Positions 40,535-50,425 of a DNA stretch of 64,000 nt are shown here, in pieces (positions within the stretch are counted from its first letter, which is position 1; every line of letters begins with the position of its first letter). The position numbers and the translations under genes were made by a program. The stretch spans positions 62,001-126,000 of IMG/VR virus record IMGVR_UViG_3300036944_001289; one strand, given 5' to 3'. The notes below the pieces were generated by a model. It was given only the letters and a program-made list of their open reading frames with translations, had not been told where the DNA came from and made no database searches.

Positions 40535-41263
40535 TTAGTTAATTAATGCTGACATTATATAAGTCAAGTTTGTGTTACCTTTAACTATATCCATTTTTAT
40601 AATACCATAACTTGTATTGATAGAGCATTTTATACTAGTAGCACCATTAAAGTAGATTAATCTAAACGTATCAAGATTAATCGGTAGTGGTTTATTAATT
40701 AAATTACCTGAATACTTATCTGCAACCACGGTTATAAAATTATCAACATTATGTTTTGTTTTATCTCCTAACTCTGCGTATATTTTATCATTCTCAGTAT
40801 ATAAATAGATTTTGTTAGTCGCTGCAGCAAAAGATGTTCCTTTAAGCAGTGTGTCTAAATTCTGTTCTGATATATCAAAGCAGATATTATACTCAAGTTT
40901 ATTTACTTTATCTACATTTATGGTTGTCTTTTTGATAATACCGCTCTCTAAAAGATGATAAGAAAACTTAAATGTACCATCATTATACTTAATATTGTTA
41001 TCAACTACATTGAACTCTATATCTTTCGTTTTGATTAGAGATAAAGCTCCGCTTAATCTCTTGACGTCAGGTAGGTTTAATGTTCTTACTTCATCGCTTA
41101 ACACAGGTTGAGATGATATCAAACATAACGTATTATCAGGTGATGAGCATGTCGTTTTTAATTCATTATTCTGTACATCAATACAGCACACTGAATTCAG
41201 TGTGCTGATTGGTGATAGAAAATTTTGAATAAACTCTTTTTTATCGAAAATTTTTATCTTCAT
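40535..41263 (-). CDS. gp45: Sliding clamp (gp45-like)
   Basis: 242 aa with clamp-like alternating secondary-structure pattern; replication cluster downstream of gp32. Confidence 0.65.
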   Translation of the reverse strand: MKIKIFDKKEFIQNFLSPISTLNSVCCIDVQNNELKTTCSSPDNTLCLISSQPVLSDEVRTLNLPDVKRLSGALSLIKTKDIEFNVVDNNIKYNDGTFKFSYHLLESGIIKKTTINVDKVNKLEYNICFDISEQNLDTLLKGTSFAAATNKIYLYTENDKIYAELGDKTKHNVDNFITVVADKYSGNLINKPLPINLDTFRLIYFNGATSIKCSINTSYGIIKMDIVKGNTNLTYIMSALIN

Positions 41264-41646
41264 AGACCTCTTTTGCGAGATATAGTATATGAAGATTCAA
41301 TTTTATCAAGTCTTTTCAAAATTAAATCTTGTTTTTCAATAACAGTGTCTAATAGATCATAAATCTTATCTCTTTCATCAAAAGATAACCATAGTTGGCC
41401 ATCATCTTGTTGCACTTGTACTTGCGGTTGTACTTGTACTTGTGGTTGTACTTGATGAACAGGTGGTAGATTTTGCTGTATTTGTGGTGCAATATTATGA
41501 CGTAAAGCATCACTTAGTACCTTTTTGACATCTTCACTACGTCTTTGTAAAGTACTAGACGACCCTATGATCTGGTCATCTAGACTTTTCATTAATCCGT
41601 AATTTGAGCCTATAAAATTAACTAGAATTTCTTGCTCGTTTGCCAT
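41260..41646 (-). CDS. Hypothetical protein with QVQPQV repeats
   Basis: 128 aa; short tandem repeats at about 41411-41455. Confidence 0.6.
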   Translation of the reverse strand: MANEQEILVNFIGSNYGLMKSLDDQIIGSSSTLQRRSEDVKKVLSDALRHNIAPQIQQNLPPVHQVQPQVQVQPQVQVQQDDGQLWLSFDERDKIYDLLDTVIEKQDLILKRLDKIESSYTISRKRGL

Positions 41647-41650
41647 TTTA

Positions 41651-42481
41651 TTAAGTTAGGTCTAGACCATCAAGCAACTTAGATACTTCATCATCATTAT
41701 CTGTCGATACTCTTACAGGTGCTTCTTTAGCTTGTACTGGTTTTTCTTCTACAGGAGCTTTATCTGTCTTCTCAGCATGGAAGTGTTCCTTTAACATTAG
41801 TCTTAGATCATCAGCACTCTTAACTGTAAAGATTTTATCTAATTCAAATACACTATCGTATACTTTTTGGTATTTATCTTCATCTAGATCTTTGATTTCA
41901 AATGGCAATGAAAACTTTGAAGCTACATATGAAGGAAAGTCGCCTTGCTTTTCTACTTTGATTCTTAGATTAACACCATTTGGTGATAGATCGAAGATGC
42001 GAGGACCGATGCTCTCAGATTCATCACCTTCAATCGCATCAGCAATTACTGTTTGAAGTTGCTTACCGTAACGTACAATCTTTACCTTACCGTTATTATC
42101 GGGATTGGTAGGATCGTTTATAACGTATACATTTACAAGCCACTTTTCAGCTCTCTTAACTGTCTCGGCTTTCTTTTTTTGTACTTCTGTACCTGTTTTG
42201 AGAATACGGAATCTTTCTTCTGCAATTGGATCTCTTTCACCAAAAGTTTGTAAGCTTAATGCAGAGACGTATTGTCCTGTTGAAAAGCTTGTCCACCCAT
42301 GTTGATAATAGTGGAAAAATGTCTTTTTTGGTTCTTTTGCAGGTAGCAATCTTACTGTGTAAGTATTGCCTGGCTCTAGCTTAAGGATGTCACCTGTACC
42401 TCCTGATTGTTTGTCTTGTGCAATTGCACCTTTAATACTTTGGAATATATCGTTTATGTTATTTTTGTTATATGTTGTCAT
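41651..42481 (-). CDS. gp32: Single-stranded DNA-binding protein
   Basis: VRLLP, YYQHG, NVYVINDPTNPDNNGKVK, IFDL, YVASKF, acidic tail. Confidence 0.9.
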   Translation of the reverse strand: MTTYNKNNINDIFQSIKGAIAQDKQSGGTGDILKLEPGNTYTVRLLPAKEPKKTFFHYYQHGWTSFSTGQYVSALSLQTFGERDPIAEERFRILKTGTEVQKKKAETVKRAEKWLVNVYVINDPTNPDNNGKVKIVRYGKQLQTVIADAIEGDESESIGPRIFDLSPNGVNLRIKVEKQGDFPSYVASKFSLPFEIKDLDEDKYQKVYDSVFELDKIFTVKSADDLRLMLKEHFHAEKTDKAPVEEKPVQAKEAPVRVSTDNDDEVSKLLDGLDLT

Positions 42482-42490
42482 AAGAAAATT

Positions 42491-43132
42491 TTAGAAATTG
42501 GAAATTAGTTTATTAAAAATAAGATTACAAGCTTTTTTACATTTAGAACTGGTATAATATTTGGTACGAAAGAAATTTAAGTTTGATATTTCTTTACCAA
42601 ACATAAACCTCTTAATATCACTTTCATATTCTGATATTATTTTATCAACACCATCATATGAAAACAACGGGTAAAGACAAATTTTTCTCTCCTTTAGGTG
42701 AAGTAAAAAACTATGACAGTTACTGCCTTGTTGTTTATATTTAATGTAATCTGTCATGTTTATACCGTGTTCTTTACAAAATTTGTATATAAAAATAAAG
42801 CTATCTTTTATTTTTTCTAGCGTCTGGTCATGATCTGGATTGTTCGGAATGAATGTGTTATGATAGATTGTATATGCTTTTATCGCTCTTTGTGATAGAT
42901 AAAAAGCTAAATCAAAATATTTTTCACCATATACAAAATATGGTGCTTCAAAAAAATCTTTTATCACTAGATGTTGGAATTTATCAAAGAATTTACCGAG
43001 TTTTGCTACACATACATACTCTGTTGTATTTTCAAAACCTTCAAAGTTTTTGCGATATCTAAAAGGCTTATCGTTAAACTTGCGTATGGTTTCTATATAG
43101 CAGTTGTATATGTACTTTTCTTGATTATCCAT
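42491..43132 (-). CDS. Putative helicase loader (gp59-like)
   Basis: Size, position directly upstream of gp32, aromatic/basic composition. Confidence 0.45.
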   Translation of the reverse strand: MDNQEKYIYNCYIETIRKFNDKPFRYRKNFEGFENTTEYVCVAKLGKFFDKFQHLVIKDFFEAPYFVYGEKYFDLAFYLSQRAIKAYTIYHNTFIPNNPDHDQTLEKIKDSFIFIYKFCKEHGINMTDYIKYKQQGSNCHSFLLHLKERKICLYPLFSYDGVDKIISEYESDIKRFMFGKEISNLNFFRTKYYTSSKCKKACNLIFNKLISNF

Positions 43133-43424
43133 CTAGTTTTACTTTATTCTTGTTTATTATTTTTGTTATATATTTGCTTTTTGTTACTGACGGCTCTATA
43201 ATCATGAATTTCTTTAAAGCTTCGAAATCACTATCTTCACCTATAGCCATCTTATATAATTTTTTAATTTTGGGATTTGTTATAATTTTAGTAAAAACTG
43301 TTGCAAAATTTATTTTTTTACCATAATAAAGATGACAGAAGGTGCAGAAAGAATAAAATGCATGGTTAAATTCAGTATCTTCAATCGTTGCGCTAGGTAA
43401 CTTAGGCTTAGATGTATTACTCAT
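43125..43424 (-). CDS. Hypothetical protein
   Basis: Start MSNTSK after a TTGAAT...CATAAT promoter. Confidence 0.55.
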   Translation of the reverse strand: MSNTSKPKLPSATIEDTEFNHAFYSFCTFCHLYYGKKINFATVFTKIITNPKIKKLYKMAIGEDSDFEALKKFMIIEPSVTKSKYITKIINKNKVKLDG

Positions 43425-43453
43425 ATTGTATATTATGAATAATGTACCAGGAT

Positions 43454-44776
43454 TCAACTACTTAGAATTTGAAGTGCTCTTGCGTTATCACTTAAATCAC
43501 CACCGCTCTCTAAACTGTCGTCTTCATATATAGTGAGGGTTTTATAATCAATACGCAGTGTAGTTGTACCGTAATTTGGACCAAATCTATTTTTCGCTAT
43601 ATTCATTCTAGTTATATTAAGTTCTCGATCTTCGTCAGATTGTGTTATTATCCCTATAAAATCAGCAGTCGCAGCTAAACCTATACTCTCACTTATACTC
43701 TCTAATCCAGGTTTATCGGTATCATAGCCTGAACGATTCAACTGTGTGGCTGTAATTATAGGGCAATTAAAGATATAACTTAATGCTCTAACTTGTTCAG
43801 TAACAATCTTTACACGTTCGTATGAATTATCACCTGTAGGACCTTTTAGTAGATTAATATAATCCAATACTATTGCATCTATATGTACACCAGTACTTTG
43901 TATATTTTTTAGGTAACCTTGTAATTGCGAGGGTGTAATAGTACTAGGCGGAAACTCTTTTATTACAAGTTTACTAGTAGGGTTATCTTTAGTGTGTTCA
44001 AGTATTTGAGTCTTTAATGTTTGAGATTCAACCTTGAGTTCTGATATAGGTATCTTACTAACACTGGATGCTAATCTCTTAGCATATACTAACTCACTCA
44101 TTTCAAGAGTTATCAGTAATACGGTCTTACCATTATTTGCGATATTAGTTGCAAAATTACCCAAGAATATACTCTTACCAACGTTTGTTTCACCAGCAAA
44201 AATATAAATTGCTCTTCCGTTCTTCAACCAGCCACCACCTAGCTTTCTATCTAAGAATTTATAACCCGTAGGTATTACAGGTTGTTCTGTATTCAGATCA
44301 TCTATTAGAATATTAATATCTTTGAATAGATCTAAACCTATATTTGTTTTTAAGTTTACATTACAGCTCTTTTCAAACTTATCTAAGATGAAACCTGTAT
44401 CTATTTTGCCATTCGAAACGTCCTTAGAGATATCGAGCATTGTATGCCATATAGAACGCTCCTTAATATATCTTTCTGTATTCTCAATAAGTTCGTCATT
44501 GTTAAATGACTTATCCATCTCAGAAAACTTATTAACTACAGTCTTAAATGCTTCTCTTGAATCTGAATCAATGAGATATGTCTTTAGTTCTGTAATTGTA
44601 GGTGGTACATTTCTCTTGTTATAAAAATCTTTAATGATAGTATATATAGTTTTTATATTCTTATCCTTAAAGTGTGCAGGGTTAACCGCACTTATAACAG
44701 TAGAAAGATACTTCTCATCTGTAAGAGATTTGTAAATTAAAATCTGTTCGAAAAAATCTAAATTGATTTTCTGCAT
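43454..44776 (-). CDS. gp41: Replicative DnaB-like helicase
   Basis: AGETNVGKS, ITLEMSE, IKEFPP, VLDYINL, TATQLNRSG, SESIGL, KNRFG. Confidence 0.95.
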   Translation of the reverse strand: MQKINLDFFEQILIYKSLTDEKYLSTVISAVNPAHFKDKNIKTIYTIIKDFYNKRNVPPTITELKTYLIDSDSREAFKTVVNKFSEMDKSFNNDELIENTERYIKERSIWHTMLDISKDVSNGKIDTGFILDKFEKSCNVNLKTNIGLDLFKDINILIDDLNTEQPVIPTGYKFLDRKLGGGWLKNGRAIYIFAGETNVGKSIFLGNFATNIANNGKTVLLITLEMSELVYAKRLASSVSKIPISELKVESQTLKTQILEHTKDNPTSKLVIKEFPPSTITPSQLQGYLKNIQSTGVHIDAIVLDYINLLKGPTGDNSYERVKIVTEQVRALSYIFNCPIITATQLNRSGYDTDKPGLESISESIGLAATADFIGIITQSDEDRELNITRMNIAKNRFGPNYGTTTLRIDYKTLTIYEDDSLESGGDLSDNARALQILSS

Positions 44777-44788
44777 TAGTTTATGATA

Positions 44789-45505
44789 TTATACTGTTAA
44801 TAATTTACCAGTGTAAGCTTTGTATTTTTCTTTGAAGTACTTCTCTCCGGCTCTCCACTCTTCGGTAAACTCTCTGAGGCCTGGTGATTGATGTATTACT
44901 GGTAAATCGATTACACCTGTCTTGAGCTTTTTGATAGCAGCATCCATACTAAAGATGAGATCATAATAGTGAAATCTAGCTGGATTTTTTTCATCGAATC
45001 TCAAATCTCCAAGTTTTTTGAGATTAACACCAATAAACAAACCATCTATAAGAAGTGCTTGCTTATTTAGTGGTCCAAAAGATGTATACATATAATCATC
45101 TGGGGATCCATGACCAACACAACCAAGATGATCTTTTCTTTCTGACATAAGATGCCATAGCATAGGATTGTTATGATATCCGAAATTTGCTACTTTTGAT
45201 CCAGCTAGACCAATAACATCAAACTGTTCGAAACCTTTATAAATACGTTCAAGAAAATCTAAGCAATTTACAAATATATCATCATGCATAAAAATAGCAT
45301 GTGTATAACACTCTTTGAATGTCTCGACATAATTTATATGTCTATTATAAACAGATGCCAAACTTTCATTGTTCTGATATACCCATGAAATATGATGTCC
45401 AAATAGCCCATAAAAAATACTAGGTAAATTCTTTTCTAAACATTCACCTAAAATAGTATCACTTCTATCTTTATGTTTTGTTGCTACTACAAATTTTATA
45501 TTCAT
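44789..45505 (-). CDS. GT-A fold glycosyltransferase-like protein
   Basis: LASVYN, IFMHDD, VIGLAG, LIDGLFIG, FHYYD, VIHQSPG. Confidence 0.75.
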   Translation of the reverse strand: MNIKFVVATKHKDRSDTILGECLEKNLPSIFYGLFGHHISWVYQNNESLASVYNRHINYVETFKECYTHAIFMHDDIFVNCLDFLERIYKGFEQFDVIGLAGSKVANFGYHNNPMLWHLMSERKDHLGCVGHGSPDDYMYTSFGPLNKQALLIDGLFIGVNLKKLGDLRFDEKNPARFHYYDLIFSMDAAIKKLKTGVIDLPVIHQSPGLREFTEEWRAGEKYFKEKYKAYTGKLLTV

Positions 45506-45975
45506 TTTAAAATATGATTAAACTTACATTCAAACTCACAATCTTCACCACCAAATTCATTATACTTTCTACTAAACGGTTCACCTACTAATTTTTTATA
45601 AAACGCTATTCCTTCTACTGAATTTGAGTTAACATAAAAAGTACCACACCAAAGCTGACTGTCCTGCAGAGCTCGTTTCGTAAGCATTTTAGCTATACCT
45701 TGACCTTTAAACTTTTCATCTGTTACGATATAATAAGTTTTTAATGTGCAATTAGCTTTTGTATTACAAGTAAACGCGTGTAAACCTACTATTATATCAG
45801 TAGCTTCATAAAAAGCTACTAATATTGGAAATTCCTTCCACCACCCTCTTGTTTCCCATAAGTAACCAAAAGTATTCATAACAAAAGAGTCTGTGTTATT
45901 ATACATAAACTCCATTAGTTTATACTTTTGGTCTTGTGTATTAGGTGTTATATATTCAAGTCTAAATTTTGTCAT
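45502..45975 (-). CDS. GNAT-family acetyltransferase
   Basis: IVTDEKFKGQGIAKML (motif A) and N...IAFYKK (motif B). Confidence 0.8.
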   Translation of the reverse strand: MTKFRLEYITPNTQDQKYKLMEFMYNNTDSFVMNTFGYLWETRGWWKEFPILVAFYEATDIIVGLHAFTCNTKANCTLKTYYIVTDEKFKGQGIAKMLTKRALQDSQLWCGTFYVNSNSVEGIAFYKKLVGEPFSRKYNEFGGEDCEFECKFNHILK

Positions 45976-46634
45976 AGCTCTAGAAAAGGGGACTTACACT
46001 CAAAGCCACCAACTGGTTTGATACCTTTTTTAGTCATCCTATATAAGATACCTTCTTCTATTTTTTTAAACCCTTCTCCTGGTATAGAGGAAAAACTATT
46101 ATGATCATAGAATAGTGTACTACCTTGCCTTGCAAGGTATACATTTAGTGTTTTAATATTCATTATCCATAAACCAAATGTTCCTTGTAACATACTTAGT
46201 ACATATTCGATATTGAGTATTTCATTTGAAATAGTTGTGCATTTATCAAATCTATTTTCAAAAAGATCTAGTAATGCTGGTATTATACTAGTATCTACTA
46301 AATTATCGTGATCAGGTATATTCTCGTCTTTTAATTGCTTAAAGTTAGTTAACACCCCATTATGAGCGACGATCCAATTATTTTTTTCAAAAGGGTGACA
46401 ATTATGTAATTTCCATTTTCGCTCAAATGAAGTAGGTGCTTGATTGTGCCCTAAATATAGGAAGCCTTCTGGTAGTTTTATCGTATTCCAATCAAAACTA
46501 CCTTCTGTCTTTTGTATATCGTATGATTCACCATTAGTATAACATACTCCAGAAGCAAAATTCCCACGTTGCTTATTCGCCTCATCTAAAATTTCAAATT
46601 TATTCGTATTAAACGATCCAAATATGCCGCAAAT
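45972..46634 (-). CDS. Class II (Ntn) glutamine amidotransferase with non-canonical ATT start (220 aa)
   Basis: The frame extends 93 codons upstream of the ORF-track start to ATT-TGC-GGC-ATA-TTT-GGA = (M)CGIFG; RG, GH.QAPT, HPF, AHNG, VDT motifs; an in-frame TAG lies 4 codons upstream. Confidence 0.85.
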   Translation of the reverse strand: MCGIFGSFNTNKFEILDEANKQRGNFASGVCYTNGESYDIQKTEGSFDWNTIKLPEGFLYLGHNQAPTSFERKWKLHNCHPFEKNNWIVAHNGVLTNFKQLKDENIPDHDNLVDTSIIPALLDLFENRFDKCTTISNEILNIEYVLSMLQGTFGLWIMNIKTLNVYLARQGSTLFYDHNSFSSIPGEGFKKIEEGILYRMTKKGIKPVGGFECKSPFLEL

Positions 46635-46638
46635 ATAG

Positions 46639-46668
46639 TTACCCTACCTTCCTTGTTAGATTAAACAT
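46639..46668 (-). other. Putative 9-codon leaderless uORF (MFNLTRKVG*)
   Basis: TTGAAA-N16-TATCAT-N5-ATG; stop lies 4 nt before the ATT start; contains AAGGAAGG. Confidence 0.45.
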
Positions 46669-46715
46669 ACTGAATGATATTAACTTATTTTTGGTTTTCA
46701 AGATTAAATAATAAT

Positions 46716-48539
46716 ATGAGTTTTACAAAATTAGGATGGGCTAACAAAGCAATTATAGGTTACAGTTTCTTACTCGAACAAGATGAAGAAATAAAACAAT
46801 CTACACCACCCGCACCGAGTGCTGAACTTTCACAGGATGCTATTATTGGTCCTATGTTAAAATTCATTCATCAAAAAATGTTGGCGTATATTAAGAAATC
46901 TCAAGAAGAAGGTAAGGCTGCTAAACTTACACCTTATAGAGATCGCTCTATTTATTTTTTACAATTTATTAAAGATAATTTCCCCGAGCTTGTTAATAAT
47001 AAATTAGCAGAGATTGAAAAAAAGAAGCCAAGAGAGAAGAGAGAGGGTGCACAAGACGTCACACCTATTGATGCTGAAGGTATTGTTCAAAAGAAGCGCA
47101 TTCCTTCTGCTACAGAAATTAACTGGTGGTTTGGAAATACTTTAAGAAGTTTACCAAATGGTAGAGAAGTTTATGATAAAGTAAAAAACGAGCTGATTGC
47201 AAAAACAGATAATAAATCAATACAGGACTATATTAACGTTACCGCAACCACGCGCGGTGAAAGATTTAAAATAGATGCTGGTTCTTTCTTACCTACTTCA
47301 GATATAACAACGGCTCTTGCTACACCTTTATCTGCATTTAAATCACCTGAAGAGAGATTCGAACAACAAATAACTGATGAGCCTCGTGTTAGTTTAGAGG
47401 AGATTAAGGATTTTCTTATACAAGCACTCGTAGCGTTTAAAGAAGATGAAAAAGGTGATCCGTATATTAGTGATGAAGTTAATGATGTAATATCTGGCGT
47501 ATATGGAAATGAAACTGCAGAAGATTTAGAAGGATATGTGACAAGTAAAGCTCGTAAATATAATAAATTAGCTCAACGTGGAGGTGACGCAGGTGCGAAA
47601 AAGTTGTATGAAATATTAAGCGATATTATCGAAAATTTCACACACTTTAAGCTCTTTGGTGTTTTAAGAACAACACCTGAAACATCGGATATTGCACTGG
47701 GTTCAATACAAGATATTAAGGATGATGTTGTTTATGGTATTGAAGACTTTAAAGAAAATAATGAAGAGTTTGCTGCAAGTTTTGATAAAATGATTGCAAA
47801 AATCGAAAATATGGATACAATATCTGAAATATTGACATATTTGGAAGGTCGTATAGAAGTATTACCTACACACAGTAACCCTACCATTCAAAGATTTGCA
47901 AAGAAGCTCGAAAGTATATACAATTCAATAAAAAATAAGATATCTACCGCTAAAAAGTTAAAAAGTGATGAATTGAGTGCTGTTGTATCACCTAGTAGTG
48001 AAATTAAATCAAAGGTAGAATTATCTACACCGTCTGAAGAAGATGTTGCGAATTCTTGGAAGAAGAACGAAGCTTTCGTGACTAATCTATTTAATATATT
48101 GAGGACATCAGGTGGTTCTTACCAAGCAGCAAAGTCAAAGATAGCCGATATGTCTAGTGACCGCACTAAACCTAAGAGAAATGAAAGAGGTGAGGTTGAG
48201 CTTGACGATAATGGCAATCCTATTGAAGTACCTGTAAAGAAAAACAAAATAGCTGTTGAGATGTTAGCTTGGTTAAATAATATCTCTTCAAAAATTGATG
48301 ATGCTGGTAGTATAATCACGAATCTATTTACCCGCTCGTATAATGAACAGGAGTTTTACGAAAACGGTAGTTCTCCTGAAAGATGGATTACCTATAGCAA
48401 ATTTGATACAGGTAGCGGCGACTATATCAATACCGAATCTGTAAAAATTACACCTAAACAGGTAAATAACCTTCTCGTTGAGAACTATCGCAATAGTATC
48501 AGAAAGAAGGTTATTGCTCAGCAAAGATATCTATATTAA
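46716..48539 (+). CDS. Large helical late protein (607 aa), candidate head-internal/ejected protein
   Basis: TAAATA-N5-ATG; N-terminal ...SFLLEQDEE; antisense insertion between queC and the GATase gene. Confidence 0.7.
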   Translation: MSFTKLGWANKAIIGYSFLLEQDEEIKQSTPPAPSAELSQDAIIGPMLKFIHQKMLAYIKKSQEEGKAAKLTPYRDRSIYFLQFIKDNFPELVNNKLAEIEKKKPREKREGAQDVTPIDAEGIVQKKRIPSATEINWWFGNTLRSLPNGREVYDKVKNELIAKTDNKSIQDYINVTATTRGERFKIDAGSFLPTSDITTALATPLSAFKSPEERFEQQITDEPRVSLEEIKDFLIQALVAFKEDEKGDPYISDEVNDVISGVYGNETAEDLEGYVTSKARKYNKLAQRGGDAGAKKLYEILSDIIENFTHFKLFGVLRTTPETSDIALGSIQDIKDDVVYGIEDFKENNEEFAASFDKMIAKIENMDTISEILTYLEGRIEVLPTHSNPTIQRFAKKLESIYNSIKNKISTAKKLKSDELSAVVSPSSEIKSKVELSTPSEEDVANSWKKNEAFVTNLFNILRTSGGSYQAAKSKIADMSSDRTKPKRNERGEVELDDNGNPIEVPVKKNKIAVEMLAWLNNISSKIDDAGSIITNLFTRSYNEQEFYENGSSPERWITYSKFDTGSGDYINTESVKITPKQVNNLLVENYRNSIRKKVIAQQRYLY

Positions 48540-49288
48540 TTTATATAAGGTATATCTCTACAACCTTTTTGTTTATAGACCTCATCAAGTCGTTCTTGTT
48601 GAACGTATTTGATGGGGTCTTTATATTTGGCTTCAATAAAACCTCTAAGTCTTAGACTACTCGAAGGTGTATCAGCATCGGCTAATTTATCTTCTCTATT
48701 CGAGTAGCAGGTCCAAGTCTTACTAAAATCCACACCGAGTCTAATACCTTCTTCAATGATTGATTTCTTACTCATCTCAATGAGAGGAGCTTCAATCTTT
48801 ATCTTTGATTTACGGTTTAGTGATATAAGATTATTAACTGAATTAATAAATTCCCCGCTACCATCCCAGTAGCCAGCTAGTGAGTCCGCTTCAGCAGCAC
48901 CATACCAAACAGTATCTGCACCTACGGACTCTGCATATGCAGAACATATAGATAAGAACATCAGATTTCTAAATGGAACGTATGATACGGGTTGAGCATC
49001 TCCTGCCATTTTCTTAACATTTGGATTATCAATATTAAGATTAGTAAGTGATGAAACTGGTGCGATATCTTTTATATACCTAACATCAAGTACTTTATTG
49101 GTAATTGTTACAGTATAAACATCTTGTAACATATTAGTATGGTGAGGTACGCACTCAAGTTCTCTAGAGTGTCTCTGACCATAATCAAAAGTTATAGTAT
49201 GTATTTCATTAAATCCCTGTGCTACTGCCATATACAGTAGCACTGTTGAATCTGCACCTCCACTAACTGTTAATACTAATTTACTCAT
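48536..49288 (-). CDS. queC: QueC-family (7-cyano-7-deazaguanine synthase-like) protein, divergent
   Basis: SGGADS, FDYGQRH..E, YVPFRN, APL...K..I, TWTCY; the CxxCxxC motif is absent. Confidence 0.85.
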   Translation of the reverse strand: MSKLVLTVSGGADSTVLLYMAVAQGFNEIHTITFDYGQRHSRELECVPHHTNMLQDVYTVTITNKVLDVRYIKDIAPVSSLTNLNIDNPNVKKMAGDAQPVSYVPFRNLMFLSICSAYAESVGADTVWYGAAEADSLAGYWDGSGEFINSVNNLISLNRKSKIKIEAPLIEMSKKSIIEEGIRLGVDFSKTWTCYSNREDKLADADTPSSSLRLRGFIEAKYKDPIKYVQQERLDEVYKQKGCRDIPYIN

Positions 49289-49297
49289 TTTATTAGA

Positions 49298-50410
49298 TTA
49301 CTTTTGTTCCGGTTCATCACCATCTTCAACCTCTGAAGGTACTTCAGTTTGTAGTTGTGAACCGTAAGACCACGCAATCTTCATTTTCTCTTCCATGCCA
49401 GGTAAGATAATCTTATTCCAGATGTCTTCATCTTTACCCCACTTAGAGAAGTATCCAAGCTTAGTACCATCAAGTAGCGAGTAAGTTGGTCCAGATTGGT
49501 TTATTACACCAAGCCCAACAGCTAATTCTACAAGCCCGTAGTATCTATCTAAACCAGTAGAGAATGACAAGAACATTTCACCTTCAAGATATTGCTTGAT
49601 AAATCTATTCTTTACTGTGAGAGCTCTCAGAATTACACCAGAATAGTTCTTTTGACCAGGTGCAAGCTTTGCATTTTCATTCTTACCGTCATCCTTTTGA
49701 GGTTTTCTTGCAAGCTGAATAGTTACTGATGGAAGATAGACTACTGATCGACCACCTGGCATATTCTTTTCTAGTGATGGATACATTGCCATTGGGTCAT
49801 CATAGACGTGATTGGTCATTACAATGGTCGTTTGGGTCATTGCACCAAGATTAGTACAAGTCTGCATTAGTGTTTTCATTGCACGTGCTTTGGTACCGGT
49901 ATCTTGAGATGTGCTTTCTTTTTCCATTCTGTTTATATCCATCTCAGACTGTAGATTGCCAAGGGAATCTATAACAATAAAGAATTTGCCATGCATTTTA
50001 GCTTCTCTTACGGAATTTAAGAACTTATAGATTGCATTTCTGGTTTGTTCAATCGTAATACAAGGTACGTATTTTACCTTTGAGATATCGAGACCTAGAC
50101 GTTGTGCACCTTCTGGGTCAATAGCGTTTTCTGTATCAAAAATAACAACCGTCATACCTTTTTTCTGTGCATTTGCAGCCATCTGCTGCACGAAAAAGGA
50201 TTTACCAGACATTGAAGGTCCAGCTAAAACTGTTACTCTTCCCTTTGGAATACCACCGTGTACTGAGCCGGATACAATCGCATTCAATACATAACTACCA
50301 GTGTCGATATACTCTTTTACTGTACTTAACGTATTATCATTAAGATAAGTTGCGAACGGATTGACACTATTAATCGATTCTAATACTTTTGAAATTTCTT
50401 TGTCTATCAT
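49298..50410 (-). CDS. uvsX: RecA-like recombinase
   Basis: DTGSYVLN, GPSMSGKS, FDTE, IDSLG, TNHVY, KNRF. Confidence 0.95.
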   Translation of the reverse strand: MIDKEISKVLESINSVNPFATYLNDNTLSTVKEYIDTGSYVLNAIVSGSVHGGIPKGRVTVLAGPSMSGKSFFVQQMAANAQKKGMTVVIFDTENAIDPEGAQRLGLDISKVKYVPCITIEQTRNAIYKFLNSVREAKMHGKFFIVIDSLGNLQSEMDINRMEKESTSQDTGTKARAMKTLMQTCTNLGAMTQTTIVMTNHVYDDPMAMYPSLEKNMPGGRSVVYLPSVTIQLARKPQKDDGKNENAKLAPGQKNYSGVILRALTVKNRFIKQYLEGEMFLSFSTGLDRYYGLVELAVGLGVINQSGPTYSLLDGTKLGYFSKWGKDEDIWNKIILPGMEEKMKIAWSYGSQLQTEVPSEVEDGDEPEQK

Positions 50411-50425
50411 AGATAAGCATTATAT

